Shown here: in pieces, positions 1 through 14,500 of the stretch
Numbering within the stretch: position 1 is the stretch's first letter
Layout of the letters: the number at the start of each line of letters is the position of its first letter
Origin: Proteromonas lacertae
Lineage: Eukaryota
Length of the DNA stretch: 64,000 bases
Reading direction: 5' to 3'
NCBI GenBank assembly: GCA_002245135.1
Contig: NGBS01001160.1
Location: 248,001-312,000, forward strand
Program-made: the position numbers and the translations under genes
Notes under the pieces: model-generated
Seen by the model: the letters and a program-made list of their open reading frames with translations, nothing else
Told to the model about the DNA's origin: nothing
Databases searched by the model: none

Positions 1-2485
1 TAAATGTAAAATCACAACTAATTGTTCCATTTATATAAGGTAAAGCTGTAGATATTGAACTGGATTTCATAACTGCTGTATAATCTGATACTTGTACTAC
101 ATGCAATTGACTTTGTGCATAATTATTTGAAGTAATAATATATAATATATCATCATCTAATGGTATTGGGTAGTTATAGATATATCTATTATATTAAATA
201 TGAATATATATACTTTTGATAATCTTGTGGTAAGAATGATCCACTTATTCTTACAGATCTCTTTAACAATTGCATAGCTCCATAAACAACTTGTAAATTC
301 GTTGTAATAAACGTATTATCTCTTTGAATTCTTTGTTTAAGAGTCTTTTTTAACAACTCTACAGTTTTCGATCCAACTTTATTATCAAATAAAGATCCCA
401 TTATATAATAATTCTGTAGAGTATTTCTATTTGGAATATTATCTAGATGATATTCATTTACCATTAAACTATAAACAGGATAGTCAGCAGATTTTGCACT
501 TAGTGCTTTTATAATAGTATCAAAAAACTCTGGTTCAGCCAAGTTAACTATTGTTACACTATGTGATGAAGATTCAATAGCTGATGTCACTTTTAGCATC
601 ATCATTTACATTCATAATTTCATATTCACCTAGTACTGTGATTCTTTGATGTGTCAAAACATACTTAAAAACATTCAAACATGTTTGAGAAACAAAACTA
701 TCTGATGATAACATGAAAACTGTTGATATTCTTTGTGAATTCAAATAGAATGATAAAGTATTTGCATATTGATTACAACTAATGCCTGCTTACAAAAAAA
801 ATATGATTAAGAAATAATAATAGACAAAAGAAATATATTGTTGAAAAAAGATATTAAAACAATATTATCTCCACATAATTCACCTTCTTCTAATCCTATA
901 TGAATAACCAACAACGGTAAAGGACTTTTAGCCAAATCTAAATGATTATATTACTATATTTATATATATACCAGATAATAAATTTGGTTTTAATGCATTT
1001 GGAGCCATTAAAAAGAAAGAATGTCCTCTATTTTGAGATGTATAAGTTGTCAATAACTTTATCATTTGCATCAATCCAGCGAAATTAAAAGCATATTGAA
1101 TAATTGATAATTCAATAACCGTTTTAGTTTCTCTTTGCCATTTCATTATTTCAGACCATAGTAATAATCCTACAAAAATATATTCATCTTTCTCTTTAGC
1201 ATCATAAGTCATATCACCATAATATACTATTATCTCTGAATAAATTGATGAACTTCTATTGGTTATTTCCATTTTTACATTACACGATTTCATTGTATTT
1301 GGACTACCATAAGAATAATATGGATCAAACCAATTATATTCTATTTCTAATACTTTATTCAATTCTAACAAACTTGGAGATGATGAGGATGTTTCATATT
1401 TACCTATATAATACTTAACATCACCATGAAGATCATTCATCATATGAAATATTTCATTATCATGTTCAACCAATAGTGTAAATGAATGACTAACTGACTG
1501 GTGAATTAAACATTCAAGAATGCTTGAACGACAGGATGCGATAATATCAAAAGCAACTTTTATTATAGTTTGTCTATTCCAGAATAATTAATAAATGTAA
1601 ATAAATATATATACGTTTGATAAAAACTTCTATTTACTACAGTAATTCCTAATTTATCATTCATAAAATCTTTCATGTATTGATCTTGTGAATTTATAAT
1701 TGGTAATAAATGATAAAGAGTTGCTGTTGATGATGTTAAATCTCTCATTTCATCAATTGTTGGTGTGTAATATACATTAATATCCTTTGCTAGAATATTG
1801 CTGTTAATCGCAGTAATTGTAGGTTGAGATAAAAAGCAAACTACATCAAAACCTGCATATTCATCTAATTTACTATCTAAACTAGAAGTGTCTGCTGTAT
1901 TTACAAGAAATTCATCAAATGGAGCTAAAAGATATTTCGATATTGTCTCTTTAAAATGTTTTTTATAATTCATTGACATAGAATCATCATCATACAATAC
2001 TAATACTTTATTATCCTTCTTATGAAACAAAATCATTTCTGCAACTATGTATTATCATAAATAAAATATATTATACATCTGTACATGAGTGATTTAGACG
2101 ATGAAAAGAAGAAAATATTGGGTAAACATAAACCAATCGAATCATCTGTTCCGCACCACATGGTCATGTTTGAACCATAGAATCTGTCATAATCTGGATC
2201 GTCTGGTTTTTGTATTATAAATGAACAAAAAGATAACACAATATCAGCTTTTTTGGTCATCAACTGATCCCACACCGCTAAAAATCCTGTATATGGTGCT
2301 GAATAAGTTATTGAGTCTGATTCTATATTTTCTGCTAAAATGTGTTGATCATTTAAATATGTTAGGTACTTGCTGAGAGCAGCTGATTCATCACTTGATA
2401 AAGAACTATCCTTAATGTAAACCAATTTTAATGCTGAGCAAATACAAAACAAACTGATATAGACTACAATAAAACTGATTGTCAT
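1..2485 (-). CDS. 5' part of a secreted/membrane protein with degenerate periplasmic-binding-protein (Venus flytrap, UrtA/AmiC-like) modules; truncated at window edge
   Basis: Signal-peptide-like start MTISFIVVYISLFCICSA at 2485. ORFs 2045-2545, 1563-2036, 946-1473 and 189-605 are separated by short intron-like gaps or frameshifts. EEGELCGDNIV at ~861-890 matches the EGEECDSNIV / EGQQCKENT motif of the modules at 30-41 kb. Confidence 0.55.
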
Positions 2486-2722
2486 TTCTATAACGAATCT
2501 TTTTATAAATACAGAAATGTACATTACTATTTCTTCATAAGACAATGAGTAATTACAGCAGACTTACAGCAGCATTGATTTGGCGCAAATGAATTCATGT
2601 ATAGCATATTTACAATAAATTAATAAATGACCTCCACAAAGAAAAAAACAGACTTTAATAAAAAATAATTATATATATAAGATATAAAACATATTCACAA
2701 TAATACTGAAATGGTAGTGTTT

Positions 2723-5700
2723 TCAATTATTCGTTCCACTTGTATGTGAAGCAAATTGTCTCTTCTTTATCACCAAAATAGTCTCTTTACCTGCTTGAAC
2801 AACAAATTTCTTCATTTCCAACATTTGTTGAGGTGTAACCTTTCCTTTGCCCAACATTTCAGTAATTTCAACTAGATTCTGTAATAAATCCTGTTGATTA
2901 GCTTGTGTAGTCATAGAAGCACCAGTAACAGCAAATTTTGCAGTTTTTGTGGTTTCACCTTTCGCATTGACATCAGTACCACTAAAAATAATGGCAAATT
3001 TGGATAAAGGATAGAAGTAACCACTACACATGTACAAACGCCAATACATATATCCAATATAACCATATACATATTAGGATTCAATTCAATACCAAATAAA
3101 CAGATAATACCTGTAGCACCAACTAATATAACACAATAAATACTTACAAAGATAGATTTAGCTTCTCTAAAAGCATCAGCTACATTTCTGGTTCTATAAC
3201 CTAAATAACCTCCTAAAATCAACATACCAATTTGTACAATTAATAATAATGCTAATAACCATACACTAGCCATTGGACATTCAGGATAGATAGTTACTGT
3301 AGTTAAAATACCTTTAGTGGTAGTTGGTCCTGTCGTTAGCTGTCTTTTAAATGGTTCAACAGCAGTCATTATTATTAATGCTAATGCAGTTGCACTTGTC
3401 AATATTCCCAATCTCATATACATCTGTCCATCTGTAATACGTAGTGTCTTTAATTGCTTATTGTTGAAAATCTTATCTACTCTCCATGTTTTCACATATA
3501 ATGTACTCAATACTAATGCATAACCTATATTACCACACCAAACAGCTAAACCACAAGCACCAGCTGATGGATCTGCTGTAATAAAGAACATCGAAAGACT
3601 TAGTAATATACCACCAACTACCATTATACATAAGAAATTAACTTGTGAAAATTTCAAGATTTTTTCATTTCGATATTTTATAACTAATCCTAAAATACCC
3701 AAATTGTATATTAAACAAGCAGAGGAGAATAAATAACAAACAACTACCAAACCAATATTTCTTTCAAATATTACTTTCTTATTCTTCAAAACAATAGTGA
3801 AATACTCTACGTTATTCTCTTCTTTATTGGTCAATGTTTCACCATCAACAGTAATAATCAAATGAACAGTTTCATAAACAGGACATTGCCATTTTAATGT
3901 ATAAGTTCCATCTTTTTCTTCAAACACAGATACATTATAATATCTTCCTGATTCAGTAGTATAAATTTCAGCAGCAATCTCATATCCACCACTTGTAACT
4001 AAGTTATTATAAGAATCTTTAATCCTAAGTGAAGCAACACTTTCTTCTTCAACTAATACTTCAAATACACCATTTCCAGTTACTTCACACATTGTATAAT
4101 CAAATGTATTAGGCGAGACAATAATAGCAAATGGACTACCAATAATATCACGGAATATACCATCCTCTTTATCTTTTAACTGTATGGAATAATATTTCTC
4201 ACCTGATACTTCTACATAATATGTCACATGATGTCTTCCTCTTTCATCTATTGTTATTTTGTATTGATCTGGTGTTTGCAATACACCATTCATGAAGAAT
4301 TGAAACACTGGTTCATCATCTACAGCAAGATTCTCAAATTCATCTTTTGGTTCAATAATAAATACATTATCAGCACCAGCTGTACCTCTACTTAAACCAT
4401 CTCCGCTTGCTTTAGATTTTGATGAAATAGCAATACCTGATAAGATCTTTAAATCATTTGGACTTCCTTTAATAGGAGATTTTAATTTACCTAAATTAAT
4501 ATGAACTTTATAATCAGCAGCCCATGTGAAACGATAAGATAAGTGATAAGTACCATCACCCAAAAACTCTACATTACCTGAATATGTTACAGTTCTATAT
4601 TCATTATCAACTAAACCATAACCTTCCAAATCTAAGAAGAAGGCTCTTTCTTCTTTAAATATAACATCATTGTAATATTTAGCTTTCAATGTTAAAGATA
4701 TTGAATTACCAGCTCTAATTGGTTCAGTTGGTAATCCACTCACTTCACAGAATTGTGGAACAGGATCTGGTTTTTCCCATATATCAAAGGATATTGATAA
4801 AGAACCTAATTCACTACCTAATTTACCATAATAAAACCCATTTTCATCTAATATTGTAGGCAACTGCATTCCTTCTTTAGGATAAAATGCCATTAAACCA
4901 GCATAAGGCATGTGTGTAACACCAGTAACAGTACCTTGTATATTTAAGTGGAAATTCTTTTCCATCAATCTTCCATCTGGTGCAAATGCATAACTATCTC
5001 CTGCATTATCTGCTACTAATATTAAATGTCTTTCTTTATTATAACTAATATCATAAGCTCCTTGAACAGTGTTTAAGACACTTGACCATCCAATATTTAA
5101 AGATGGATGAAATGTATAAGTATTATAATATCCTTGAATAAATAATCGAGGAAACATTACTTTACTATCATAATCTGGTTTATATTCTTTCTTTCTAGTA
5201 ATTTTTGTTTTATTAGCCCATCTACATTTCTCTTCTACTTCTCCAGTGATATTATTAACTTCTTGTACATTTACAGCAATCATAGTGGTTGATACTGTTT
5301 CTGTTACTGTTTCTTTGACTATTGATTTTGTATATTCTATTCCTTCTAATGGTATTATTGCTTCTGGGATTTGATCTTCAGATTTAAGATCAAATGCATC
5401 TAAAATCATATCAAAATTATTATCAATCCAATAAATCCTATAAGGCATTGCTTGACATGTAAATACATAACCACCACCATATTCTTCACCTAAATAAGCT
5501 ATATTCTGATGCATTTTAGTACCTGGTGTCTTATAGATAGAATCACAAGGTGATGTAATCTTCCTTTTCAATTCTCCAGTATCTTTATCAAATATATAAA
5601 TATTATTACTATCTGAATGAATAAAATCACCATTTGGTAAAAAGATTGGTTTTCCATTTCTACTAAACACAATACAAGCACCAGTAGTCAATGCAAAACA

Positions 5701-7395
5701 ATCATGTTCAACCCATACACTAAACGAATTAGTATTATAATTATAAGCAATGATTTGACCACCTCTTGCTGAACCAAACTGTAAGTTTGATCTAATAGCA
5801 ATACAACAATCTTCATTACCAGTTTCACAAGGTGTTGTACATTTTCTAACAGCTGCTTCATTACAATTATCACCTTTCATACCCCAGAAACAATGACATA
5901 TTCCTTGATGAGATGTACCTGCATCACATGATGAACTACCCATTGTTAAATTATGCCAATTATCTAAGTTTAGAAATGGTGAAGCTAATTCGATTCTCTG
6001 TGTCGTATATATACCATCTTCATATCTTGGTTTCTCTACAATTGTTGGTTTTAACAAAGTTCCATCTTCTAATTCTTTCATTATATCTTCACAGTATTCT
6101 AAAGCAGTAATGTCATTCTCATCAACAGCAGCATCAAATATTAAATAAATACAAGTAGTATTTCCACAATTACTCAAAGATATAGATATTCTATCACTAA
6201 TATTATATAATAGTCTACTCTTTAACATATCATACAAAGCAACATCTATATTAGCTTCATTATTGACTGATTTATACCTCAGTACCAATGTTGCTGTAGT
6301 ATAGCCATGTCCACCATCTGTTGAAAGTATTCTGAACTTATTTCCTGGATGTTCATCAGATCCATCATACACTATCTTCATATAGATTGGAGCATCTCTT
6401 AATCTTTCTTCATCTATTGATTCATCAGCTCTATAAGTTGCAGAATCGAATAATGTAATAGTCGATTGTTCTATATCCATTTCTAAACTAATTCCTCTTC
6501 TTGCACCATAAACATGAAATTCACATTTTCTACCAGGTGGAATTGGTCCTTCTTCACTTCCTATTTCTCTATCTCTTACTATACATGGAGCTACTAATTC
6601 TCTAATACCACCACAATAGGTAGAAATATCAACTGTTATTATATGTGATATTGTATAGGGTGATATATAGTTTAATGGTATTATTTCAATATGTAATGAA
6701 TCATTACCTATATGTCTTTGACTCTTTATAAATAATGCATTGTTTAGTAATAAATAAGCGTTTTTAAATGACATCATTTCATCTTTAGATTCATAATACT
6801 CTACATTATCAAATGAAAATTGTATAAGGCTATTTTCTGTGTATATTTTGAATCTTATATCATCTTCTTCACCTACATCTACTTGGAATATTTTGATATC
6901 TTTTATTTCAACATATGAATCTAAACCTAAAGGAGGTAATTCACTTGGTATATTGGTAAAACCATATTTTACTTGTTGATTTACATAAAAACCAAAATAA
7001 CCATGCGAATCTTGAGTTGGAGTCATTGCCCAGTCATTAGATGGTGTTTCTGGTAGTAGTTCAATGCCAAACTCATCGACAACTGTCACTGTGAGTGGTT
7101 CTTCTTCTTGAACAAAATATAATTCAATTGAATGATATGTAGGTTTTAGACATATCATAGGACTCATATTATCTATTAAATTTCCTATATAGTACGAATT
7201 ATCTAAAGAAATAAATGCTTCCACAGTAACAGGACTTTCAAATTTTAATGTGACATTAATACAAAATAATGATGTTTCTGGAAGTTCTGTATGCTCGCAA
7301 AACAGATCAGGTAGTTGTTTATCGTATAGAAACCTACAATCTGAAGATACTGATAATGCCAGCACTATAAATATTAACATGGAATATAAATACAT
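2723..7395 (-). CDS. Class C (GABA-B-like, 7tm_3) GPCR with a large ectodomain: EGF-like motif, putative beta-propeller region, three filamin-type Ig repeats; one apparent frameshift at ~3000
   Basis: Signal peptide; CDAGTSHQGICHCFWGMKGDNC; filamin motifs (GDGL..GTAG..F.I.PKD, DGTY.L.Y); 7 hydrophobic helices with KFSQVNF, VKTWRVDKIFNN, RNVADAFREAKSI. Adding one A at ~3000 gives LYPKF and joins the 2723-3049 frame. Confidence 0.85.
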
Positions 7396-7505
7396 AAAGA
7401 TAGAACTATAGCAATCATAAAAATCGATTTTTTAAAACACAACAACAATTCAAAACGACTAAATTTTTATGTTATTTCAAGTTCAAGCCAAACTTAATTT
7501 AAAAA

Positions 7506-8422
7506 ATGAAATATCATCTCAAATTAAAGTCTATTAAATACAGAAAGAATAAATATCAATTGGATAGAGTTAATAATATACGAAATAGATTAATAACTCA
7601 GCATAAACTACTGAAACGAAAACATCCAAATTATTCTCATATTAAAAATGTATTTAATATGCATTTACTTATATAGGTAACTGTGTTAAACGGTAAATCA
7701 TATACATCAACCAAAAATTCACTGAAGAGAGTAATTAATCCTTTTGAAGCAGATAATAATCAAAAATATCAAGCAACAGAATTTGATTTTTCCAAAATTA
7801 TATTAGGTGATAAAGTTTATCAAAAATCAAGTAAAACAGGAAGATTTGAGTGTGATGCAAACATAGTTCCAAAACAAATAATGAAGACAATAGCAAATGT
7901 GAATTTATCTAAGAAGAAAAACAAACTCTGCTTATTCTATAAGAAGTACAATAAATGTATGAGAGGAGATAAATGTCCTTTTATTCACAATAAACCAATT
8001 TGTACAAAGTTTCTTATTGGTAAGTGTAAGAATGAGAATGAATGTAAATTAAACCACAATATAACCCCTAATATCATCCCTCATTGCATATATTATCTTC
8101 AGAATAAATGCAATAATGATAAATGTCCTTATTATCATGTAAAATTATCTTATAATACTCCAATTTGTCCATTATTCCTTCAAGGGAAGTGTGAGAAGTG
8201 TGATAAATGTAAATATTTACATTGTTATCCTACCACTAATACATATCTTTTTTTTTAATTGTGTTTATATTAAGGATTTTCTTAATTATATATAATTCTT
8301 CAAAATCTATTAAAGTACCAGATTTACCATGGGAACCAATATCACAAAGTATAATAGATTATAATAACAGAATTAAGGACAGTCTATTACCATTATTTAT
8401 CAAAAAGAAACAAAAATCATAA
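7506..8422 (+). CDS. Tandem CCCH zinc-finger protein (ZC3H3/CPSF30-Yth1-like)
   Basis: Four C-x7/8-C-x4/5-C-x3-H fingers in ORF 7683-8258. ATG at 7506 with GT-AG intron 7650-7676. The last exon (to TAA 8422) needs a non-canonical intron (see findings). Confidence 0.8.
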
Positions 8423-8464
8423 AAAAAAAAAAACACTGTGGTTAAAAACTATAATAAATTAATT

Positions 8465-9300
8465 CTATTCGTTGTTTTTATTCTTATATATATAGTTTAA
8501 CTCAAAATAATATGATCCAAACATAACAATCATACTAAATACTAAAGTCCACTGACACATAGCTCCATATATCATTGCTTCATGTGCCTATATTATAATA
8601 AGGATAATTACATACAGAATTTGAAGTAGCAGCTGTTGGATGATAAACCATTGAACCAAATATGCATAACAACATTGTAAAACTAGAAATTTCTTTCAGA
8701 ATCAATGAAAACCAATTTTTATATTTATTTTCTATTTTCATATAATAATATATAGTAAAATACGAGATCTAATTAGATAAATAGTAACAAATCCATGAAT
8801 TAATGCCATTAAGAACAGTATACCAGCACCAGATTGATGAATCATACTCTGTGTCTTTAAAACTATATTTGGGTTTGACATTGATTCAACAATATCACTC
8901 TGTAATGGTATACATGCTTGAATAATCAGTCCAAATATGCACACATACGTTGCTTGTGATGCTAATGTAGCTAATTGACTTTTAAAATGAGTATTTGTTC
9001 TAAAGTGGTAAATGTGTAAATATAATACAAATCAAGTAAGGCAACACATTCATTGTACTTTAAAGCTATTACTAAATAACCTAGTCCAGCTGAAGTAAAA
9101 CCTACAGCATATATCAGTCTCTCTGGCATTTTAAAACCCATTAATGAGATGAATGGCAGATATAGCCAATCAGGATAGTGGTGGTAATAACGACTTATAA
9201 CATATGTACTCAAAATTGTGAAAATGCATACTATACCAGAATATATTGGTATAACGCAATATTTATTCTTTGGAATTTTATTTATAACCACTTCAAGCAT
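8465..9300 (-). CDS. Frag1/DRAM/Sfk1 (TMEM150-like) multi-pass membrane protein
   Basis: YLPFISLMG..PER.IY..GF, IHQSGAGILF and a terminal QW..V...M..F..Y..E helix; three short GT-AG introns join the ORFs. Confidence 0.7.
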
Positions 9301-9367
9301 TCTACACAGAAAAAAATTTAGAAAGTTCTTTTTGTGAAACGGTAATAATTTATAAATTCACTTTTTC

Positions 9368-11479
9368 ATGTTATCTAACATAGCATCATGGAAAGAGGTG
9401 AATTTTGATGATGGGCATTCGATAAAATATGACGGCTGTGTATTATATGAAGCTATCGACAAATGGTCATCAATACTTATTGTGAGAGATGTTACAACCA
9501 ATGATGTATTTATTTGAAGAATATATTTCATGTAGAGGAAATGCATCAAAGTATTTGATGATTTACACATAAATTTCACTAAAGTACCTTCTAATTTAAA
9601 CTTTTGGACTTTAATAAAGACAGTATATTGTTATGTTTATTCTATGTTTTATATAGGGTAAAGAATTCCGTGTAGGTGAAAGATTAACTAAAGAGTATTT
9701 TTACAGTCATTTTTTATTCTTTAGGAATTTATACTGGTTTAAGAATAATATGAATAAATTAGTCCCTGTAATATATGATGGACAAAATTATAAGAATTTA
9801 TCAATAAAAGACTGTGTTTCAATCTGGGGTGATGATTCAGAAGATTTCAACTTACCAGGAGAAGATGTAGAAATAATGTGTGGAAAGAAAACTAAGAAAA
9901 TAACTATACCCTCAGTACCAAAAGAATACAAAGATTATTTGAATTATCTAAAAAGAATAGAAGAAGAAGTGAAGTGCATGGATAAAGTAAAGAATTGTGA
10001 ATATGTTGTGCAAATATATGATGTATTAAGATATACACACAAAAGCAAACCAACAGATGAATCGATATTTATAGTAATGGAATTAATTGAAGATGGAAGG
10101 TTATTAGAACAAATAGGATATTGTGGATGTGAATCAACGATAGGTAAAAAATACTTCAAACAGTTGTTAGAAGGATTGTATTATTGTCATCAACAGGGTG
10201 TTTGTCATAGTATATAAATATATTATTATTATTATATAGGAGATATATCAGCAAATAATGTATTGTATAGTACAGCAAAAGATAAAGTGAAATTAGTAGA
10301 TTTTGGTTTATCAAAAGAACAAATGAATGGTAGAGAATGTGGTTCATTTATTGGTACAAAGAATTATTATGCTCCAGAAATTGAGAGTTCAAGTTACTGT
10401 GGTTTTAAAGCGGATTGCTTCTCCTGTGGTTTGATTTTTTATGAAATATTGACTGGTAAACCTCCTTTCAATATAATCACATCTTATGTAAATTGTCCAG
10501 AATATAATGATTATAAGCATTGGGTAGAAATAAGAGATAATAATAATCCAGACTTCTTATATGATGTAAATGCATATCCAGATCCAGATTATCCAAGATT
10601 ATTTAATCAACTTCCAGATAGTAATTTATTAAAACATTTTATGTGTTGTATGTTACATCCAAACCCAGAGAAAAGATATGATATTGAGCATTTACTAAAT
10701 CATCCTTATCTCAACATCAAAACATTTGATAGTGATGATGATAATAATAATAATAATAATAATCAATTACAGTTTAATGATAATGATACTGTTATATCCA
10801 CAACTCCTGTTCTTATTACACCCATTGAAATCCCAATGCCAACTGAGGAACGTAGGAATCCTACATCAAGAAGTATTATGTCTTCTGTTCCATCAGTACA
10901 TTATTCTATTTGTTAATTTTATATTTTAATTAGCTTGATATGCCTACATCATTCCCTGAGTTGAATAATATTAGTCTGACACAATCTTGCATTTCTTCAA
11001 TGAATAATCGAGATCCAATGTTAAGATCTAATAGTTTATTCTCAAGATCAGACATTCCTCCATTAAAAGATGGTAGTAAAAGATTTAGTAGATTTTATAC
11101 CAATAATGATTGTGAAGAAATACTGAATAAAATTAAAGACTATATTGAAAAATTAGATGAAGGAAGAGAAGCAATTGATGCTTATCAATTAGTGCCTAAA
11201 TTAGATGAGGCTAATTATTCATTATTAGTTTATTCTAAAACCAACAAATTAGTATTACAGTTTAAAGTGTATAGTAGTTTTACTGAACATTTAGTGGATG
11301 TTCGAAACTATAAAGTATATAATATTATATATAATATTTATTATTAAAAATAGATGCAAACATTTATATTTAAGAAATTCTTTAATGAATTACTACAAAA
11401 TCTTCAATCTTGTGTATCTAGAACATACGATTTCCGATTCTTTGAAAAGAGAAAAAGAAGCCGCAATGAAGTAATATAA
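9368..11479 (+). CDS. Atypical CAMK-group Ser/Thr kinase with C-terminal KA1-like domain
   Basis: Spliced model from ATG 9368 through five GT-AG introns: KCIKVF, IVMELIEDG, HRDISANN, KLVDFGLS, GTKNYYAPE, ADCFSCG. C-terminal RFSRFYT...LVDVRNYK region. Confidence 0.8.
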
Positions 11480-11595
11480 TTAAAAGTAACACTCTCCTTT
11501 ATAATAGATTCTAACAATAATGAACATATTTTTATTGAAATTACCAAATGAACAAAAATATAAAAAATACTCTAATATAAACAAAGAAAAAAATA

Positions 11596-14500
11596 TTACA
11601 TAGAATCCATTTTTTCTTCACATGTCAATAATTGATTCAAAATCACAATACAATTTGATTTATCTCCCAAAATCTGGTTAATTTGATTCATCACCTCATC
11701 TTCATCATCATCAGTCTTTAAATCTTTCAATAATCTATAAGCTTCAATAAATCTCTATAAATAATAAATAATATATAAAACAATATACATCATCACCTAA
11801 TTCTTTCTCTAAGTATATTCTCAATGCTTCTATTCTATAATAATCACTTTGTGCATTGGATGTATCACTAACATATCTCTTTAACACAGATGGATTTATT
11901 GTTACACCAAATATATGCATTTTATCTTCTTTTGTTTCATTTTCACTTTCTGTGATTGGTAATTCTTCACCATCATAATTATTATCATCAATTACATCAT
12001 TGTTTTCTTCATCTTCTTCATCTTCACTATGATTTTTAGCATCATTTTTATTCTCTAAGATTCCTTGCATTATAGTTACCATTTGATCCATATCTTGTTG
12101 AGCTTCAGCTAAATCTTCAGGTGCTAATTGATCAAGTGAATCAGATAAATCATTTTCATCACTATTAATATTACTATGATCATCATCATTACCTTCCAAT
12201 TTACTTTCATCAACATTATCTTCTTTCTTTTCTTCTTCAGATTCTATTACCTCATTTTTACTTTCTTTTTTTATTTCTTCTACAGATTCTTCATCATCTG
12301 AATCTCCAATTGCCATTGTGTTTGGTATATAGGATGTTTTATGTGGTAAAGCAATATCCTTTTGAAGTACTTCAACATTAACAAAACTATTCACTAAACC
12401 AGATTCAGATGATTCTGAAGAGGACGAAGATGAGGATGATGCTTCTTCTTCATCAGTTGTATTAACCTCAGAATTAACATTATCTTCTTTACCTGTATGT
12501 TTCTTAGGAGATAATGATGGAACTGATTTAGATCGATAGAATGGAGGAGTTTCAATATGTGGTGGTTCTTGAGCTGATGGTGGAATTGGAACTGGTTCTG
12601 GTTCTTCAAAATCATCATCAAAATCATTATTATTATCTTCTTCTTTTGATTCATTATCTTTAGCTATTATCATCTTTGGTTCTTCAGGTGGAGGAATTGG
12701 TTTACTTGGTTTTGGTTTTGATTTTGCTGGTGCAGGTTCTTTACGAGGAGATTCCATTATTTCAATTTTGAAATTATCTCCTTTGGATGCTGATCGATGT
12801 TTAGCCATTCTATCATGATGCATCTTTTGTCTCATTTCTTTTCGTTGTTGTTCTCTTTCTCTTTTACGTTTTTCTGCTTCATCTGCAAGTTGTGCTTTAT
12901 GTTCATCAACATCTGGAGTTGAACTGGGTGGTTGTGGATGAACTGGTGGAATAGCTGGTTGAGGAGCTGGTTCTGGTGCTGGTGATTCTGAAGCAGCTCT
13001 TAATTGATTCAAATTAGTCTTTGGTGGATTTTTCTTTTGAATCTAAAATAGAATATTATTAAGCTAATAAATATACAGCTTTTGGTGGAGATAGTATAGC
13101 TTCTTGTGGTGGTGGTTCTATTCCAGCTTTCAAACTCTCCTTCATGCTTTTCTTTGTTAGATAATATTGTCTTAATTCTTCAACACCTTCCTTATGTTGT
13201 TTCGTTGCTGGATCTTTCTTTGCAATATTAGCTAATGGTCCATTCATTCTACGAGATTTGAAACCTTGAGCTCTTAGAATTCTTTCAGCTTCAATCTCTA
13301 TATTTTATATATTAACAACAATAATATAAGAATATTATACTTCTTTTATCCATAACTTTTGTATTAATATTTGGTAGATTATTCAATAATTGCTGTTTCT
13401 GATTTTCCCATTTCTTCTGGAATTGTTCTAACTCGTCATTAATAGCAGCTAAAATCATAATAATAACATTAAAAATATACAGAATTTCTCAGCTTTTACT
13501 TCTTCTAATTCTTTCTTTGCTCTTTCCTGTTCTTCTCTTCTTCTTTTCTCCAAATCTTCACGTTTCTTTCTCTCTATTGCTCTTTGTCTTTCTTCCTCTT
13601 CTCTTCTCTGTCTTTCTATTTCTTCTTCTTTCTTCTTTCTTTGTATTTCTTCTTCCTTTTGTTTCATTAATGCTTCTTCTCTTTGTTTCTTAGCTTGTTC
13701 TAGTTGCTTCTCCATTTCTTCTCTCTTTTTCCTTTGAAATTCTTCCTCTTTTTGCTTCTTGGCTAATTCTAATTGTCTTTCCATTTCTTCATGTTTTTGT
13801 TTTTCTTCTTGCAACTGTTTTTCTCTTTCTATTCTTTGTTGTTCTCTCTTTTCTCTTGCTATTCTTAATTGTTCTATTCTTTTCTTTTCATATTCTTCTC
13901 TTTGAGCTTGTAATCTCTTCTGATTCTCTTCTTCTACATAAAATTAAAACAATTAATAAATATTAATACGTTTCTTTTTCAATTCTTCTTTTTCTTTAGC
14001 TATTTTCTCTTGTAATATCCTTGCAACCTCCTGTTTTTCTAATAATTCCTTTTTGTATTGTTCCTCCTTTCTCTTCCTTTCTTCTTCTTCTCTTTTCTTC
14101 CTTTCTTCTTCCATTTTCTGTCTTTTTTCCATTTCAATTCTCTTCTTCTCTTCTTCAGCTTTCTTTTGTTGTTCTTTCTTCTCCATTAATTGTTTCATAT
14201 AATTGTTCATTGGAGCTGCATTATTATTATTATTATTATTAGCTGCACGCTGTGGTATAATTGGACGAGGAACTGCATAAGCACCACCACCACCATTTGG
14301 TCTATTATTATTATTACCTCCACCTCCACCTACAGCTGCACCACCACCTGCATTACCTCCACCTGGTGGTTTTGGAGGACCTGATGGTTTATTATTATTG
14401 TTCCTAATAGCATTAGCTTGTTCTTGTACAACATTTCTACCATGTAATTTAGTATGACTAAATTCTGATTTTCGTAATGTTTCTGATAGTAAATTCTCAA

